From an uncultured Bacilli bacterium (lineage in GTDB: Bacteria > Bacillota_I > Bacilli_A > RF39 > UBA660): DNA of 36,148 nt. The notes beneath the pieces are model-generated. The model saw nothing but the letters and a program-made list of their open reading frames with translations, was not told the DNA's origin and did no database searches. This document shows, in pieces, positions 1-10,207 of this stretch; within the stretch, counting starts at the first letter, position 1, and each line of letters begins with the position of its first letter. The stretch is taken from positions 1 through 36,148 of the forward strand of contig CANRIE010000108.1 in the NCBI GenBank assembly GCA_947630585.1, given 5' to 3'. A program made the position numbers and the translations under genes.

Positions 1-67
1 TTGGTATTTAAAAGGATTAAAAAATGCTAATCAAATTAAAGAAATGGTCTATCAAACAACCAAATTG

Positions 68-78
68 TGTGATATAAT
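68..78 (+). promoter_or_regulatory. Extended -10 promoter element for the RDD gene
   Basis: TGTGATATAAT (TGnTATAAT) about 35 nt upstream of ATG 112; SD GGGAGG nearby. Confidence 0.5.
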
Positions 79-111
79 AGACTTGTTAAATAATTTTAGG
101 GAGGAATTTAA

Positions 112-951
112 ATGAAACCAGTAAGTTATAAAAGAATATTTGCTTATTTAATTGATGTAATTATTATTGCTTTTGTAGGTGTTTTAATTGGATATATTGT
201 ACCTGTTTCTGATAAATATGAAGAATCAAGTGATGAATTAATGGAAGTAATTTCTGATTACACAGATAAAAAAATTGAAGAAGATGAATATATAAATAAA
301 GTAAATGATATTAGTTATACTCTTAATAAAGAAAGTGTACCTTTAAGTATTATTTCGGTTGTTTTATATACAATTTATTTTGTAGTAATACCATATTATA
401 ATAATGGTCAAACGTTTGGTAAAAAAATAATGAAATTAAAGATAGTTTCAAATAAAGGTAAAAAATTAAGTATGAATAATTATTTAATTAGAGCTTTAAT
501 TGTTGATTCAATTTTATCAAGTATAATTGGAGTAATAACAATTTTAGTTTTATCAAAAGCGAGTTATATAGAGACATATAATATAGTATCTTACGCATTT
601 ACGTGTTTATATATTATAACATTTGCAATGATATTATTTAGTAAAGATGGTAGAGGATTACATGATTATTTAGCTAGAACGAAAGTAGTCGTGGTTGATG
701 ATTTAGGTAATCCAGTACAAGAAGAAAAAGTAAAAGAAGAAAGTAAAGATGAAGAAGTTGAAGATGCTGATATTGTAGAAACTAAAGAAGTAGAAGAAAA
801 AGAAGAAACTAAGAAAGAAGTTAAGGAAGAAAGAGAAGAAAAAAAAGTAACTAAAAAAGAAACTCCAAAAAAAGTCCAAAATAAAAATACTAAGAAAAAA
901 AGTGAAACTACTAAAAAAAGTTCAACTAAAAAAACTACTAAAAAGAACTAA
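112..951 (+). CDS. RDD family membrane protein with a Lys/Glu-rich C-terminal tail
   Basis: KRIFAYLID, GQTFGKKIMKLKIV and RGLHDYLARTKVV are RDD hallmarks; hydrophobic helices; low-complexity K/E/T tail. Confidence 0.85.
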   Translation: MKPVSYKRIFAYLIDVIIIAFVGVLIGYIVPVSDKYEESSDELMEVISDYTDKKIEEDEYINKVNDISYTLNKESVPLSIISVVLYTIYFVVIPYYNNGQTFGKKIMKLKIVSNKGKKLSMNNYLIRALIVDSILSSIIGVITILVLSKASYIETYNIVSYAFTCLYIITFAMILFSKDGRGLHDYLARTKVVVVDDLGNPVQEEKVKEESKDEEVEDADIVETKEVEEKEETKKEVKEEREEKKVTKKETPKKVQNKNTKKKSETTKKSSTKKTTKKN

Positions 952-976
952 TTAGCCTTGAAGTTAATTAGTTCTT
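943..976 (+). terminator. Hairpin at the end of the RDD gene
   Basis: AAGAACTAATTA...TAATTAGTTCTT 12-bp inverted repeat. Confidence 0.55.
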
Positions 977-998
977 CTAATAAGAAAGGATTGATATT

Positions 999-2100
999 AT
1001 GGAATTAAATGAATTAAAAATTGAAATTAAAAAGTTACAAGACCAACAAGAAGAATTATGGGGGTTACTTTGACATTCAAAAGAAAGAGATTAGAATTAA
1101 GGAATTAGAAGATATTACTAAACAAGCAACTTTTTGGCAAGATAAAAAGAAAGTTGATGAAATTATGCTTGAATTAAATAATTTAAAAGATATTGTTTAT
1201 AATAATATTGAATTAAGAAATAAAATTCAAGATGATTTAGAACTTATAGATATATTAGAACTTGAAAGTGATAATAATGTTCAGACTAAGATTGAAAGTG
1301 ATGTTGAAAGTATTAAGGAAGAACTTAATAGTTTGAGGATGTTTACTTTGTTAAATTCTGAGTATGACAAAAATAATTGTATCTTAGAAATTCATGCGGG
1401 AGCAGGTGGGACAGAAGCTTGTGATTGGGCTAATATGTTATATAGAATGTATCAAAGATATTTAGAAAGAAAAAAATTTAAATATGAGGTTATTTCTTAT
1501 TTAGAAGGTGAAGAAGTTGGCATTAAAAGTGTTGCTTTAAAAGTAGAAGGATTATATGCTTATGGCTATTTAAAATGCGAAAAAGGAGTTCATAGATTAG
1601 TTAGATTATCGCCATTTGATGCCAATAATAAACGTCATACCTCATTTGCATCTATTGATGTAACGCCAGAATTTAATGAAGTATCAGATATTGAAATTCT
1701 TGATAAAGATTTAAAAATAGATGTTTATAGAAGTAGTGGAGCCGGAGGACAACATATAAATACAACTGATAGTGCAGTTCGAATAACCCATTTGCCAACT
1801 AAAATTGTTGTCTCATGTCAAAATCAGAGAAGTCAAATTCAAAATCGGGAAGAAGCTATGAATATGCTTAAAAGCAAACTAAAACAATTAAGTCTTGAAG
1901 AGCAAGCTAAAACTTTAAATGGAGTTAAAGGCGAAAGTTTAAATATTGAATTTGGTTCTCAGATAAGAAGCTATGTCATGCATCCTTATTCCATGGTAAA
2001 AGATCATCGAACAGGGTGTGAAACGGGAAATGTTAGTAAAATTTTAGATGGATACTTAGATGAATTTATCGAAAGTGAATTAAAAAATAATGTTAAGTAG
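999..2100 (+). CDS. prfB: Peptide chain release factor 2, with programmed +1 frameshift; join(999..1070,1072..2100)
   Basis: SD AGAAAGGA then ATG 999 gives MELNELKIEIKKLQDQQEELWGLL, ending at CTT TGA C. The +1 frame continues DIQKKE and contains the SPF (RLSPFD) and GGQ motifs. Confidence 0.97.
1060..1074 (+). promoter_or_regulatory. prfB autoregulatory +1 frameshift cassette
   Basis: GGGGG (internal SD-like) TTA CTT TGA C. Confidence 0.95.
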
Positions 2101-2123
2101 TATTTAGGTACTACTTTTTCTTT
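2095..2123 (+). terminator. Intrinsic terminator after prfB
   Basis: AAGTAGTA-tttagg-TACTACTT followed by a T tract. Confidence 0.75.
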
Positions 2124-2135
2124 GGTGGTGATAAA

Positions 2136-2726
2136 TTGAAAATTCGAAAATATATTTATTTAGTAATAGCTTTATTTTTTGCAGCTTTAAACTTTAATAT
2201 AATATTAAAGCCTTTAAAATTAGTAGTAGGAGGAACCCAAGGTGTTGCACTTATTATAAATCATTTAATAAATATTAGACCATCCTTAATAATTTTAATA
2301 ATTAATATTATAATGCTAATTTTAAGTTTTATCTTTTTGCGTCATGAAACAACTTATGGAACAATTATAGCAACATTTATATATCCATTGTTAGTTAGAT
2401 TAACTAGTAATATTCCTTCTTTAAATTTTAATAATACATTTAACATTATTTTAGTTATTATAGCTGGAATTGTCTGTGGAATTACAGGAGGGATAATATA
2501 TAAATTGGGATTTTCTAATGGAGGAATTAGTATTATACCTTTATTAACTAATAAATATTTCCATATAAAAATTTATATTACAACATTTATTATGAATTTA
2601 ATAATAGTTATACTTGGATGTTTCTATTTTGGTATTATAAAAACAATTTATTCTATTATAGTTATTATATTACAAAGTTTTTTGATAAAAAAGGTGTTAA
2701 AAATTAGTAAAAAAATACATAATTAA
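2136..2726 (+). CDS. YitT/DUF161 family membrane protein
   Basis: VVGGTQGVALII and GFSNGGISII repeated YitT motifs; multiple TM helices; TTG start with SD GGTGGTG. Confidence 0.8.
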   Translation: MKIRKYIYLVIALFFAALNFNIILKPLKLVVGGTQGVALIINHLINIRPSLIILIINIIMLILSFIFLRHETTYGTIIATFIYPLLVRLTSNIPSLNFNNTFNIILVIIAGIVCGITGGIIYKLGFSNGGISIIPLLTNKYFHIKIYITTFIMNLIIVILGCFYFGIIKTIYSIIVIILQSFLIKKVLKISKKIHN

Positions 2727-2830
2727 AATTATGAATAATAGAATTAATATGGAGAATAAATGAAAAAAAAGAATTTGTGTGAGCAAATTAATACAAAGTG
2801 TAAAAATGTTATAAAAAATGCAAATAATTC

Positions 2831-2859
2831 TTGCTTTTTAGAATGTAATACGTTATAAT
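2831..2859 (+). promoter_or_regulatory. Sigma-A type promoter of the sortase operon
   Basis: TTGCTT-N17-TATAAT. Confidence 0.6.
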
Positions 2860-2881
2860 TTAAGTCGAGAGGAGAAATAGT

Positions 2882-3412
2882 ATGAAAAAAATAGTAATGA
2901 TGTTATTAGCTGTTGCATTAGTTTTTTCTGGTGTAAGACCTGTTAGTGCTTTAACTGAAAGAGAAGTACTAGACAAATTAGAAAAATCTTATACAATCAA
3001 TGGACAAGTATTTCAAATTTCACCAGCATTAAAGAAAATTGCTGAAGATTATGCAGCAAAATATGTTATTTCTGATGATGATTTAAAAGTTCTTGATGAA
3101 AAAATTGATGAAGCAATTAAAATCGTTAAAGATGCAAAAGTAACTAAAATCGAAGATTTATCTGCAGCTGCAAAGAAAGAATTAAAAGATTTAGTTGCTG
3201 ATGTAAAAGCAAATACATCTATTAATGTTACATATGAAGATGGTACATTAGTTGTTTATACTCCTGAAGGAGAAGTATTTGAAAAAGTTACTAGTCTTGT
3301 TAAACAAACTGGAACTGAATCAAATACAATTGCTATTCTTGCTGGTGTATCATTTGTAGTTATGTTAGCAGGTGCATTTGTAGTAGTTAGAAAAGTTAGA
3401 ACTACTGACTAA
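2882..3412 (+). CDS. Secreted protein with a C-terminal sorting signal (VKQTG); putative sortase substrate
   Basis: Signal peptide ending VSA; C-terminal VKQTG, hydrophobic stretch and RKVR tail; stop overlaps the sortase start. Confidence 0.7.
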   Translation: MKKIVMMLLAVALVFSGVRPVSALTEREVLDKLEKSYTINGQVFQISPALKKIAEDYAAKYVISDDDLKVLDEKIDEAIKIVKDAKVTKIEDLSAAAKKELKDLVADVKANTSINVTYEDGTLVVYTPEGEVFEKVTSLVKQTGTESNTIAILAGVSFVVMLAGAFVVVRKVRTTD

Positions 3413-4044
3413 TGAAAAAAATAAAAATTATAAAGACATTTGCTACTAACGTAGCAATTTCTTTTTTCTTTGCAGCAATTTTTGTTTTTACAACTTATAT
3501 GTTGTTTGACAAAAAGATTAATCATTATGCATCTTTAGTTAATTCTTTTGCTATTAAACAAAGTAGTAGTAAAGAAAAAAAAACAACTTATGATTTAGCA
3601 AGTAAATCGTTAATAAATAGACCATTATATGGAAAGAAATTTGCAACTTTAAAAATACCTGAAATTAATATGAGTTTATCAGTTTATCATGGAGATACCT
3701 TAGATATAATGCGTTATGGAGTTGGACATTATGGTGGTTCCTACTTTCCTGGAGAGACAGGAACAATTATATTAGCAGCTCATAATGATGTTGGATTCTT
3801 TCATGAAATTGATAGATTAGTAGAGGGAAGTAAAATAACAATTGAAGCTGACTATGGAACTTTTGAATATGAAGTCGATAGTTATAAAGTTGTTAAAGAA
3901 ACGGACCTTGATGCGTTTACAATTCAAGAAGATGAAGAAAAATTAATTATGTATACATGTTACCCAATTAGACATGGTGTTGTTGGAAGAAGAACTGAAA
4001 GATATGTTGTCTATGCTCATAGAGTAGGTGATACTAATGAGTAG
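3412..4044 (+). CDS. Sortase (class D-like)
   Basis: N-terminal TM; GVGHYGGSYFPGETGTIILAAH (His), MYTCYP (Cys), ERYVV (Arg). Confidence 0.9.
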   Translation: MKKIKIIKTFATNVAISFFFAAIFVFTTYMLFDKKINHYASLVNSFAIKQSSSKEKKTTYDLASKSLINRPLYGKKFATLKIPEINMSLSVYHGDTLDIMRYGVGHYGGSYFPGETGTIILAAHNDVGFFHEIDRLVEGSKITIEADYGTFEYEVDSYKVVKETDLDAFTIQEDEEKLIMYTCYPIRHGVVGRRTERYVVYAHRVGDTNE

Positions 4045-4870
4045 AAAAACTAAAAAAATAATCGGATACATATTAGGGTTTATTTTAACAATCTTATTAG
4101 TTGCTTTTATTACTCTAGCAATTATTAAAGTTAATGTTTTTAATGTTAAGAATATTAAAAAAGATTTTGAAAAGAATAATTATTATTCACTTGTTTATAC
4201 AAAAGTTTTAGAAAATATGCAAGATTATATGAGATCATCTGGTTTAGATAAAGAAATACTAGATGGATTATTTACAGAAGATGATATAAGAAGAGATGTT
4301 AATAAATATCTTGATAAATTATATCTTGATAGTGCTATTGAATTTGATGAAAATTCTTTAAAAGAAAAACTAGCTAAGAATATTGAAGATTCTCTTGCTA
4401 AACAAAACTTACAAGTTACAGATAAAAATGCCATTGATGAGTTTGTTACAGAAATGGTAAAAATATACAAAGTCGAAACTAATCTATATAATATAGTTGA
4501 TAATTTTACTAATTATGTTCAAAAAGGTGATAATGTTATCAATATGGCTTTAATTGGATTAATGATTGTATGTATAGTACTTTTAATAACAATAATTCTA
4601 ATGAAAGTTCATTGTCTTGGAACAATTACTTTTGGAGTTGGATTAATATTAGCATTTATTAGATTTGTAATATATGAGAAGATTGATTTTAAAAATATAC
4701 TTATTTTATCAAAAGAGTTTTCAAAAGTATTAACTAGTATCTTAACTAATATTGCTAATAATCTAGCCATCTTTGCAATTTTATTTTTGGTAGTAGGATT
4801 AATAATAGCAATTATAGAAGCAATTATGAGAGCTAAAAGGCATGCACGGTATAAAAAAGTTCATGAATAG
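4037..4870 (+). CDS. Hypothetical membrane protein (TM, extracellular helical domain, 3 TM)
   Basis: ATG 4037 with SD AGGTG overlaps the sortase stop; hydrophobicity pattern. Confidence 0.7.
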   Translation: MSRKTKKIIGYILGFILTILLVAFITLAIIKVNVFNVKNIKKDFEKNNYYSLVYTKVLENMQDYMRSSGLDKEILDGLFTEDDIRRDVNKYLDKLYLDSAIEFDENSLKEKLAKNIEDSLAKQNLQVTDKNAIDEFVTEMVKIYKVETNLYNIVDNFTNYVQKGDNVINMALIGLMIVCIVLLITIILMKVHCLGTITFGVGLILAFIRFVIYEKIDFKNILILSKEFSKVLTSILTNIANNLAIFAILFLVVGLIIAIIEAIMRAKRHARYKKVHE

Positions 4871-4902
4871 AAAGGGAAAAATGTTAAATTCCTTTTTTTT
4901 TC
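4870..4902 (+). terminator. Probable terminator
   Basis: AAAGGGAA...TTCCTTT stem followed by a long T run. Confidence 0.5.
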
Positions 4903-4959
4903 TATGTAAAAAATATTATTTTTGTGCTATAATAGTTTAGATTTTTAAAGAGGTGGAGT

Positions 4960-7770
4960 ATGGATAAAATTGTGATTAAAGGGGCTCGCGAAAACAATTT
5001 AAAAAATATTGATTTAGAGTTACCTAAAAATAAATTAATAGTTATGACAGGATTATCAGGAAGTGGAAAAAGTAGTTTAGCTTTTGATACTATTTATGCC
5101 GAAGGAGAAAGACGTTATGTTGAAAGTTTGTCAGCTTATGCTAGACAATTTTTAGGAGGTTCTGAAAAACCTGATGTTGATAGTATTGAAGGATTATCAC
5201 CAAGTATTTCAATTGACCAAAAAACAACAAGTAAGAATCCTCGGTCAACTGTTGGGACTGTTACGGAGATTTATGATTATTTAAGACTTATGTTTGCAAG
5301 AATTGGAGTTCCATATTGTCCTAATCATCATATTCCAATTACTAGTCAATCAGTTGAAGAAATTGTAAATAAAGTTGAAGAGTTTCAAGAAGGCACGAAA
5401 ATAATTATATTAGCTCCCGTTGTTGATAGTGAAAAAGGAACGCATAAAGATACCTTAGAAAATTTAAGACGAGAAGGATACATTAGGGTTCGTATTAATG
5501 GTGAAATGTATGATTTATCAGAAGAAATTAATCTTGAAAAAAATAAAAAAGATAAAATTGATGTTGTTGTAGATAGAATTGTTATTAAAGATGGAGTTAG
5601 AAGTCGTCTTTATGAATCAATTGAAACAGCAACTAATCTTGCAAATGGTAAAGTCTTAATTAATATTGTTGGTGGGGAAGAAATATTATTTTCAACAACT
5701 TATGCTTGTCCTTATTGTAATTATTCAATTCCAACTTTAGAACCAAGAATGTTTAGTTTCAATGCCCCATTTGGAGCTTGTCCCGAATGTAAAGGGTTAG
5801 GAGTAAAATTAAAAATAGATGAGGCGTTAGTAATTCCTGATGCTACTTTAAGTTTAAATAATAAATGTATTAAGACTTTGAATGATGACCAAGATTCAAT
5901 TGAATATAAAAGATTAAAAGCTGTCTGTGATTATTATAAAATTGATATGGATAAACCATTTAATAAATTAAGCAAGAAAAATCAAGATATTATTCTTTAT
6001 GGTTCACCTGATATTTTAACTTTTAATATTACAAGTAGAAGTGGCAATGTAACTAAAAATAAAGATTATTTTGAAGGAGTTATCAATAATCTTGAAAGAC
6101 GTTATATGGAAACATCAAGTGAATGGATCAGAGATTGGCTAGAGCAATACATGATTGAACTTCCTTGTGAAGTTTGTCATGGGGCAAGACTTAATGATAG
6201 TGTTTTAAATGTAAAAGTTCAAGATAAAAATATCTATGAAGTTACTTGCATGTCAATTAAAGAAGCCATAAATTGGTTTAATAATTTAAAATTAAGTGAA
6301 GAACAAAAGAAAATTTCTGAGTTAATTATTAAAGAAATAATAAATAGACTTACGTTTTTAAAAAATGTTGGACTTGAATATTTGACAATGTCTAGAATGA
6401 GTGGAACTTTATCAGGAGGAGAAGCTCAAAGAATTAGATTAGCAACCCAAATTGGATCAAGATTAACGGGAGTTTTATATGTCTTAGATGAACCTAGTAT
6501 TGGACTTCATCAAAAGGATAATGAGAAATTAATAAACTCTTTACTTGAAATGCGTGATTTAGGAAATACTTTAATTGTTGTTGAACATGATACAGATACA
6601 ATGCTTGCAAGTGATTACTTAGTTGATATTGGGCCTGGGGCTGGAGAAGCCGGAGGGTATGTTGTTGCAGCAGGAACTCCAGAAGAAGTTATGAAAAATG
6701 AAAAAAGTATTACAGGTCGTTATTTAAGTGGCAAAGAATGTATCGAGGTTCCTAAAAAGAGACGAAAAGGAAATAGTAAGTTCATTGAAATAAAGGGAGC
6801 TTGTGAAAATAATTTACAAAATATTGATGTTAAAATTCCCCTTGGAACATTTACTTGTGTAACAGGAGTATCAGGAAGTGGCAAGAGTAGTTTAGTAATG
6901 CAAATTTTAGCTAATGCTTGTATGAGTTATATTTATAAATCTAAAGTTAAACCTGGTCGTCATCAAAAAATAGTAGGACTTAATAATTTAGATAAAGTCG
7001 TTATTATAACTCAGAATCCAATTGGAAGAACTCCAAGAAGTAATCCAGCAACTTACACCGGAGTCTTTGACGATATAAGAGATTTATTTACGAATACCAA
7101 GGAAGCCAAGATGCTAGGGTATGGCAAGAATAGATTTTCCTTTAATGTTAAAGGTGGAAGATGCGAGGCTTGCAGGGGAGACGGAGTTAAGAAAATTGAA
7201 ATGCATTTTTTACCAGACGTGTATATTCCTTGTGAAGTATGTCATGGAACACGTTACAATAGTGAAACGTTATCAATCAAATACAAAGATAAAAACATTG
7301 CAGAAGTTCTTGATATGCGAGTAACAGAAGCCTTAGAATTCTTTGAGAATTTTCCAAAGATTAAAAATAAACTTCAAGTTATGGAAGATGTTGGGCTTGG
7401 TTATGTTAAATTAGGTCAAAGTGCAACAACCTTATCTGGAGGAGAGGCAGGCCGAGTTAAACTTTCTAAAGAACTTCAAAAGAAAGCAACTGGTAAAACT
7501 TTATTTATCCTTGATGAACCAACAACAGGACTTCATATGGCAGATATTAAAAGATTACTAGCTATTTTAAATCGGATTGTTGAAAATGGAGATACCGTTT
7601 TAGTAATTGAACATAATCTTGATGTTATAAAATCAGCTGATTATATAATTGATTTAGGACCTGATGGAGGAGAAGGAGGAGGAACAGTTGTTGCAACGGG
7701 AACTCCAGAAGAAGTAGCTCAAGTTAAAGAAAGTTATACAGGAGAATTCTTAAAAAAAATCTTGAATTAA
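4960..7770 (+). CDS. uvrA: Excinuclease ABC subunit A
   Basis: Two Walker A motifs (GLSGSGKSS, GVSGSGKSS), two LSGGE signatures, zinc fingers; TGCTATAAT extended -10 upstream. Confidence 0.99.
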   Translation: MDKIVIKGARENNLKNIDLELPKNKLIVMTGLSGSGKSSLAFDTIYAEGERRYVESLSAYARQFLGGSEKPDVDSIEGLSPSISIDQKTTSKNPRSTVGTVTEIYDYLRLMFARIGVPYCPNHHIPITSQSVEEIVNKVEEFQEGTKIIILAPVVDSEKGTHKDTLENLRREGYIRVRINGEMYDLSEEINLEKNKKDKIDVVVDRIVIKDGVRSRLYESIETATNLANGKVLINIVGGEEILFSTTYACPYCNYSIPTLEPRMFSFNAPFGACPECKGLGVKLKIDEALVIPDATLSLNNKCIKTLNDDQDSIEYKRLKAVCDYYKIDMDKPFNKLSKKNQDIILYGSPDILTFNITSRSGNVTKNKDYFEGVINNLERRYMETSSEWIRDWLEQYMIELPCEVCHGARLNDSVLNVKVQDKNIYEVTCMSIKEAINWFNNLKLSEEQKKISELIIKEIINRLTFLKNVGLEYLTMSRMSGTLSGGEAQRIRLATQIGSRLTGVLYVLDEPSIGLHQKDNEKLINSLLEMRDLGNTLIVVEHDTDTMLASDYLVDIGPGAGEAGGYVVAAGTPEEVMKNEKSITGRYLSGKECIEVPKKRRKGNSKFIEIKGACENNLQNIDVKIPLGTFTCVTGVSGSGKSSLVMQILANACMSYIYKSKVKPGRHQKIVGLNNLDKVVIITQNPIGRTPRSNPATYTGVFDDIRDLFTNTKEAKMLGYGKNRFSFNVKGGRCEACRGDGVKKIEMHFLPDVYIPCEVCHGTRYNSETLSIKYKDKNIAEVLDMRVTEALEFFENFPKIKNKLQVMEDVGLGYVKLGQSATTLSGGEAGRVKLSKELQKKATGKTLFILDEPTTGLHMADIKRLLAILNRIVENGDTVLVIEHNLDVIKSADYIIDLGPDGGEGGGTVVATGTPEEVAQVKESYTGEFLKKILN

Positions 7771-7802
7771 AAAAAAGTATCCACCAACTTGGTGGATATT
7801 TT
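7771..7802. terminator. Bidirectional terminator or palindrome between convergent genes
   Basis: Perfect 10-1-10 palindrome TATCCACCAA-C-TTGGTGGATA (7778-7798) flanked by A and T tracts. Confidence 0.75.
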
Positions 7803-9423
7803 AGCGATGATAACCATCTTTCTTTAAAGCTGATATTAATAATCTAAGTTTTTCGTTTTCGGCTGTTAATCTTTTAATTTCTGCCATTGCTTCTTTGATA
7901 TCTGAGAAAAAAGCTTTATCTGTTTGCTGTTTTGAAGAACGCTTTTTAATTTCTTGCAAATGAGCAATATAACCACCTTCTCCATTTGTTCCAAAGACTA
8001 TATTTTCAAGAACTGAATCATAACTTGCAGGGGCATTTAAATCAAAGAAACTCTCAGGAGTTATATTTTGAACTCTATTAGCCATTTCTGTGCAAAAACT
8101 TTCAACATCTTCTGTTGGAGTGTAATCACAAATAGCTTTATAAACTTTTCTAATTGCATTAGCATCAAAATAATTTTTGGTTATATACAATTCAGATAAG
8201 AAACGTTTAGAAGTTATATCATAGATTGCCTGATTAGAAAGTGGTGGATCAAAATATTTAAATACTTTTAATATTTCATCAGATGTTAACTCTGAAAATA
8301 AAGTATGACCACTTTCATCAGGAGTTATCATGTTTAAACCTAATTTAGGAAGAAGTGTAATACGAGGATTATTATCATCAAATTTACATTTAATTATTTT
8401 TTTCAATAATTTTCTACTTGGTTCTCTATGCCTTAATTCTTGTTTTAAAATCTCTTCGTAATTATCACCAAATTTAGCTCTTAAAATACTGCTTGGTTTA
8501 TCAATATAATTATAAATAGTATCATCAGCATTAAATAAGAATAAATCATGATATTTTCTTATAAATTCTCTACCTTTTAAACTTTCATTATTATTAGAAT
8601 TAAATAGTTTAGTATTATTTAATATTGCTAAATCAGATTGAGAAACATAAATATTTCTATGTAACAAACTTTCTTGAATATTTAAAAGTTTATTTGCTTG
8701 CTCTTTAGTTAAATTACTGCAAAAAGTGGTTGGATTTTTAGAATTATAGCAAATATCCATAATTACATTCCATAATTCACTTGCTTTTTCATCGGTTATT
8801 TTATTTAAAATAATATTTACAAATTTAGTTATTAATTCATTATCTGATAAAATATAATTGGAAAATAACCATGAACTACTAGTTCGATCAAGAGTATTTA
8901 AAATATGAGTTGGTTCACTTATTATATTATGAATAGCAAGATTTAATTCATTATTTTGTTGATTAGTCATAAAAGTTCTAAATAAATAATTAAGAAGTGT
9001 TAAATTATGACCTTTAGTTGGAGAATCAAAGACAATACTATATATTCTTCTATCTCTACTATTATTTAGTAGTTTGTAAAAGGCCTCTTTATTATACATA
9101 AGAGCATAATCAATTGCACAATAACCTTCTTTAGAAGGTTTGAATAAATCAAATTTACTTAATAATTCAATATGTTTTAAAGTCTTTTTTCTAGTTGGAG
9201 GTTGAACTTTAAAATCAATTACCATTTCTTCAGTATAAATACCATTAATAAGTTGATCTACTAAATAATTATAATTATTTTTAATTGCAATCTGTAATAA
9301 ATTAAGTCCATAATAATCTTCAATTTTGGCAATATCATCAAAAGAGACTTTTAAATATCTCAAAGCATCTTTTAATTCAATTTCTCCAGTTTCAATTTTT
9401 TTAGCCAAATCATTTATATCCAT
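7801..9423 (-). CDS. Hypothetical protein with degenerate ankyrin-like repeats and a C-terminal coiled coil
   Basis: DYYGLNLLQIAIKNN, KEGYCAIDYALMYN and DESGHTLFSEL resemble ankyrin G-x-T/A-P/L-L-H starts; SD GAGGG favours ATG 9423. Confidence 0.55.
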   Translation of the reverse strand: MDINDLAKKIETGEIELKDALRYLKVSFDDIAKIEDYYGLNLLQIAIKNNYNYLVDQLINGIYTEEMVIDFKVQPPTRKKTLKHIELLSKFDLFKPSKEGYCAIDYALMYNKEAFYKLLNNSRDRRIYSIVFDSPTKGHNLTLLNYLFRTFMTNQQNNELNLAIHNIISEPTHILNTLDRTSSSWLFSNYILSDNELITKFVNIILNKITDEKASELWNVIMDICYNSKNPTTFCSNLTKEQANKLLNIQESLLHRNIYVSQSDLAILNNTKLFNSNNNESLKGREFIRKYHDLFLFNADDTIYNYIDKPSSILRAKFGDNYEEILKQELRHREPSRKLLKKIIKCKFDDNNPRITLLPKLGLNMITPDESGHTLFSELTSDEILKVFKYFDPPLSNQAIYDITSKRFLSELYITKNYFDANAIRKVYKAICDYTPTEDVESFCTEMANRVQNITPESFFDLNAPASYDSVLENIVFGTNGEGGYIAHLQEIKKRSSKQQTDKAFFSDIKEAMAEIKRLTAENEKLRLLISALKKDGYHR

Positions 9424-9581
9424 ATTATCCCTCACTTACTTTAGTTTAATATTATCACAATTAATAAATATTAGCAATAATATTTAAAAAAATTTAATAC
9501 TAAAAATGTAAAGTAAATTTATGAAAATTACTTTCTTTTTGAAATAAGATTTGCTATACTTCTAAAGAGGAAGTGGTTTGA

Positions 9582-10205
9582 TTGGAAAAACTTAAAGTGG
9601 CTATATTTTTATTGGTTATTTCTATTTTAGCAGCAATTTCCTTATTTGAATCTTATTTCGAAAGAGGATATATAGGTGCTTTAATAGCAGCTTTGTTTAT
9701 TTTATTATTAGTTTTTATCGTAATATATATATTATTAGATGATATACAATTTAAGAAATTTAATTTAAAAAAAGAGAGAAAAATTAAAAAATATGGTGTT
9801 ATTAAAGATGTTTTAAAAAATAATACAGTTGGAGGATATAACGTTGTTGTTAGTTATACAATAAAAAATAAAAATTATCAAACTAAAAGTGAAAGTTTAT
9901 TTTTTAATCCTCTACCACTTATTAAAGAATTTAATATAAAAGAAATACCTATTTATATTTTAGTAAATTCTAATAAAGTTTTAATTGATATTGATTATTT
10001 TAGTTACTATATGGAAGAAAAAAATAATCAAGCTAAATATTTATTTAATATATCAAATAAAAATAAAATTTATATGGGAAAAAGTATACCTATTTATTTT
10101 GAAACTCTAAATGATTTAGAATTTATACCAGTTTATATTTTACCCAATAATCCTAAAAAGTGTTATGTAGATGTTTCAGTTTTAAATAATGAAGGGGGAA
10201 TTTAA
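9582..10205 (+). CDS. Hypothetical membrane protein (2 TM plus two DUF3592-like beta modules)
   Basis: Two N-terminal TMs; IPIYILVNSNKVLIDI and IPVYILPNNPKKCYVDV internal repeat. Confidence 0.55.
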   Translation: MEKLKVAIFLLVISILAAISLFESYFERGYIGALIAALFILLLVFIVIYILLDDIQFKKFNLKKERKIKKYGVIKDVLKNNTVGGYNVVVSYTIKNKNYQTKSESLFFNPLPLIKEFNIKEIPIYILVNSNKVLIDIDYFSYYMEEKNNQAKYLFNISNKNKIYMGKSIPIYFETLNDLEFIPVYILPNNPKKCYVDVSVLNNEGGI

Positions 10206-10207
10206 TT

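Noticed and set aside
1021-1070. ORF-track TTG start for RF2
   Set aside because: Artefact of the programmed frameshift; the real start is ATG 999 with an SD
4225-4470. 81-aa minus-strand ORF
   Set aside because: Antisense shadow inside a membrane protein gene; no motifs
7121-7324. 67-aa alternate-frame ORF
   Set aside because: Nested in highly conserved uvrA; no supporting features
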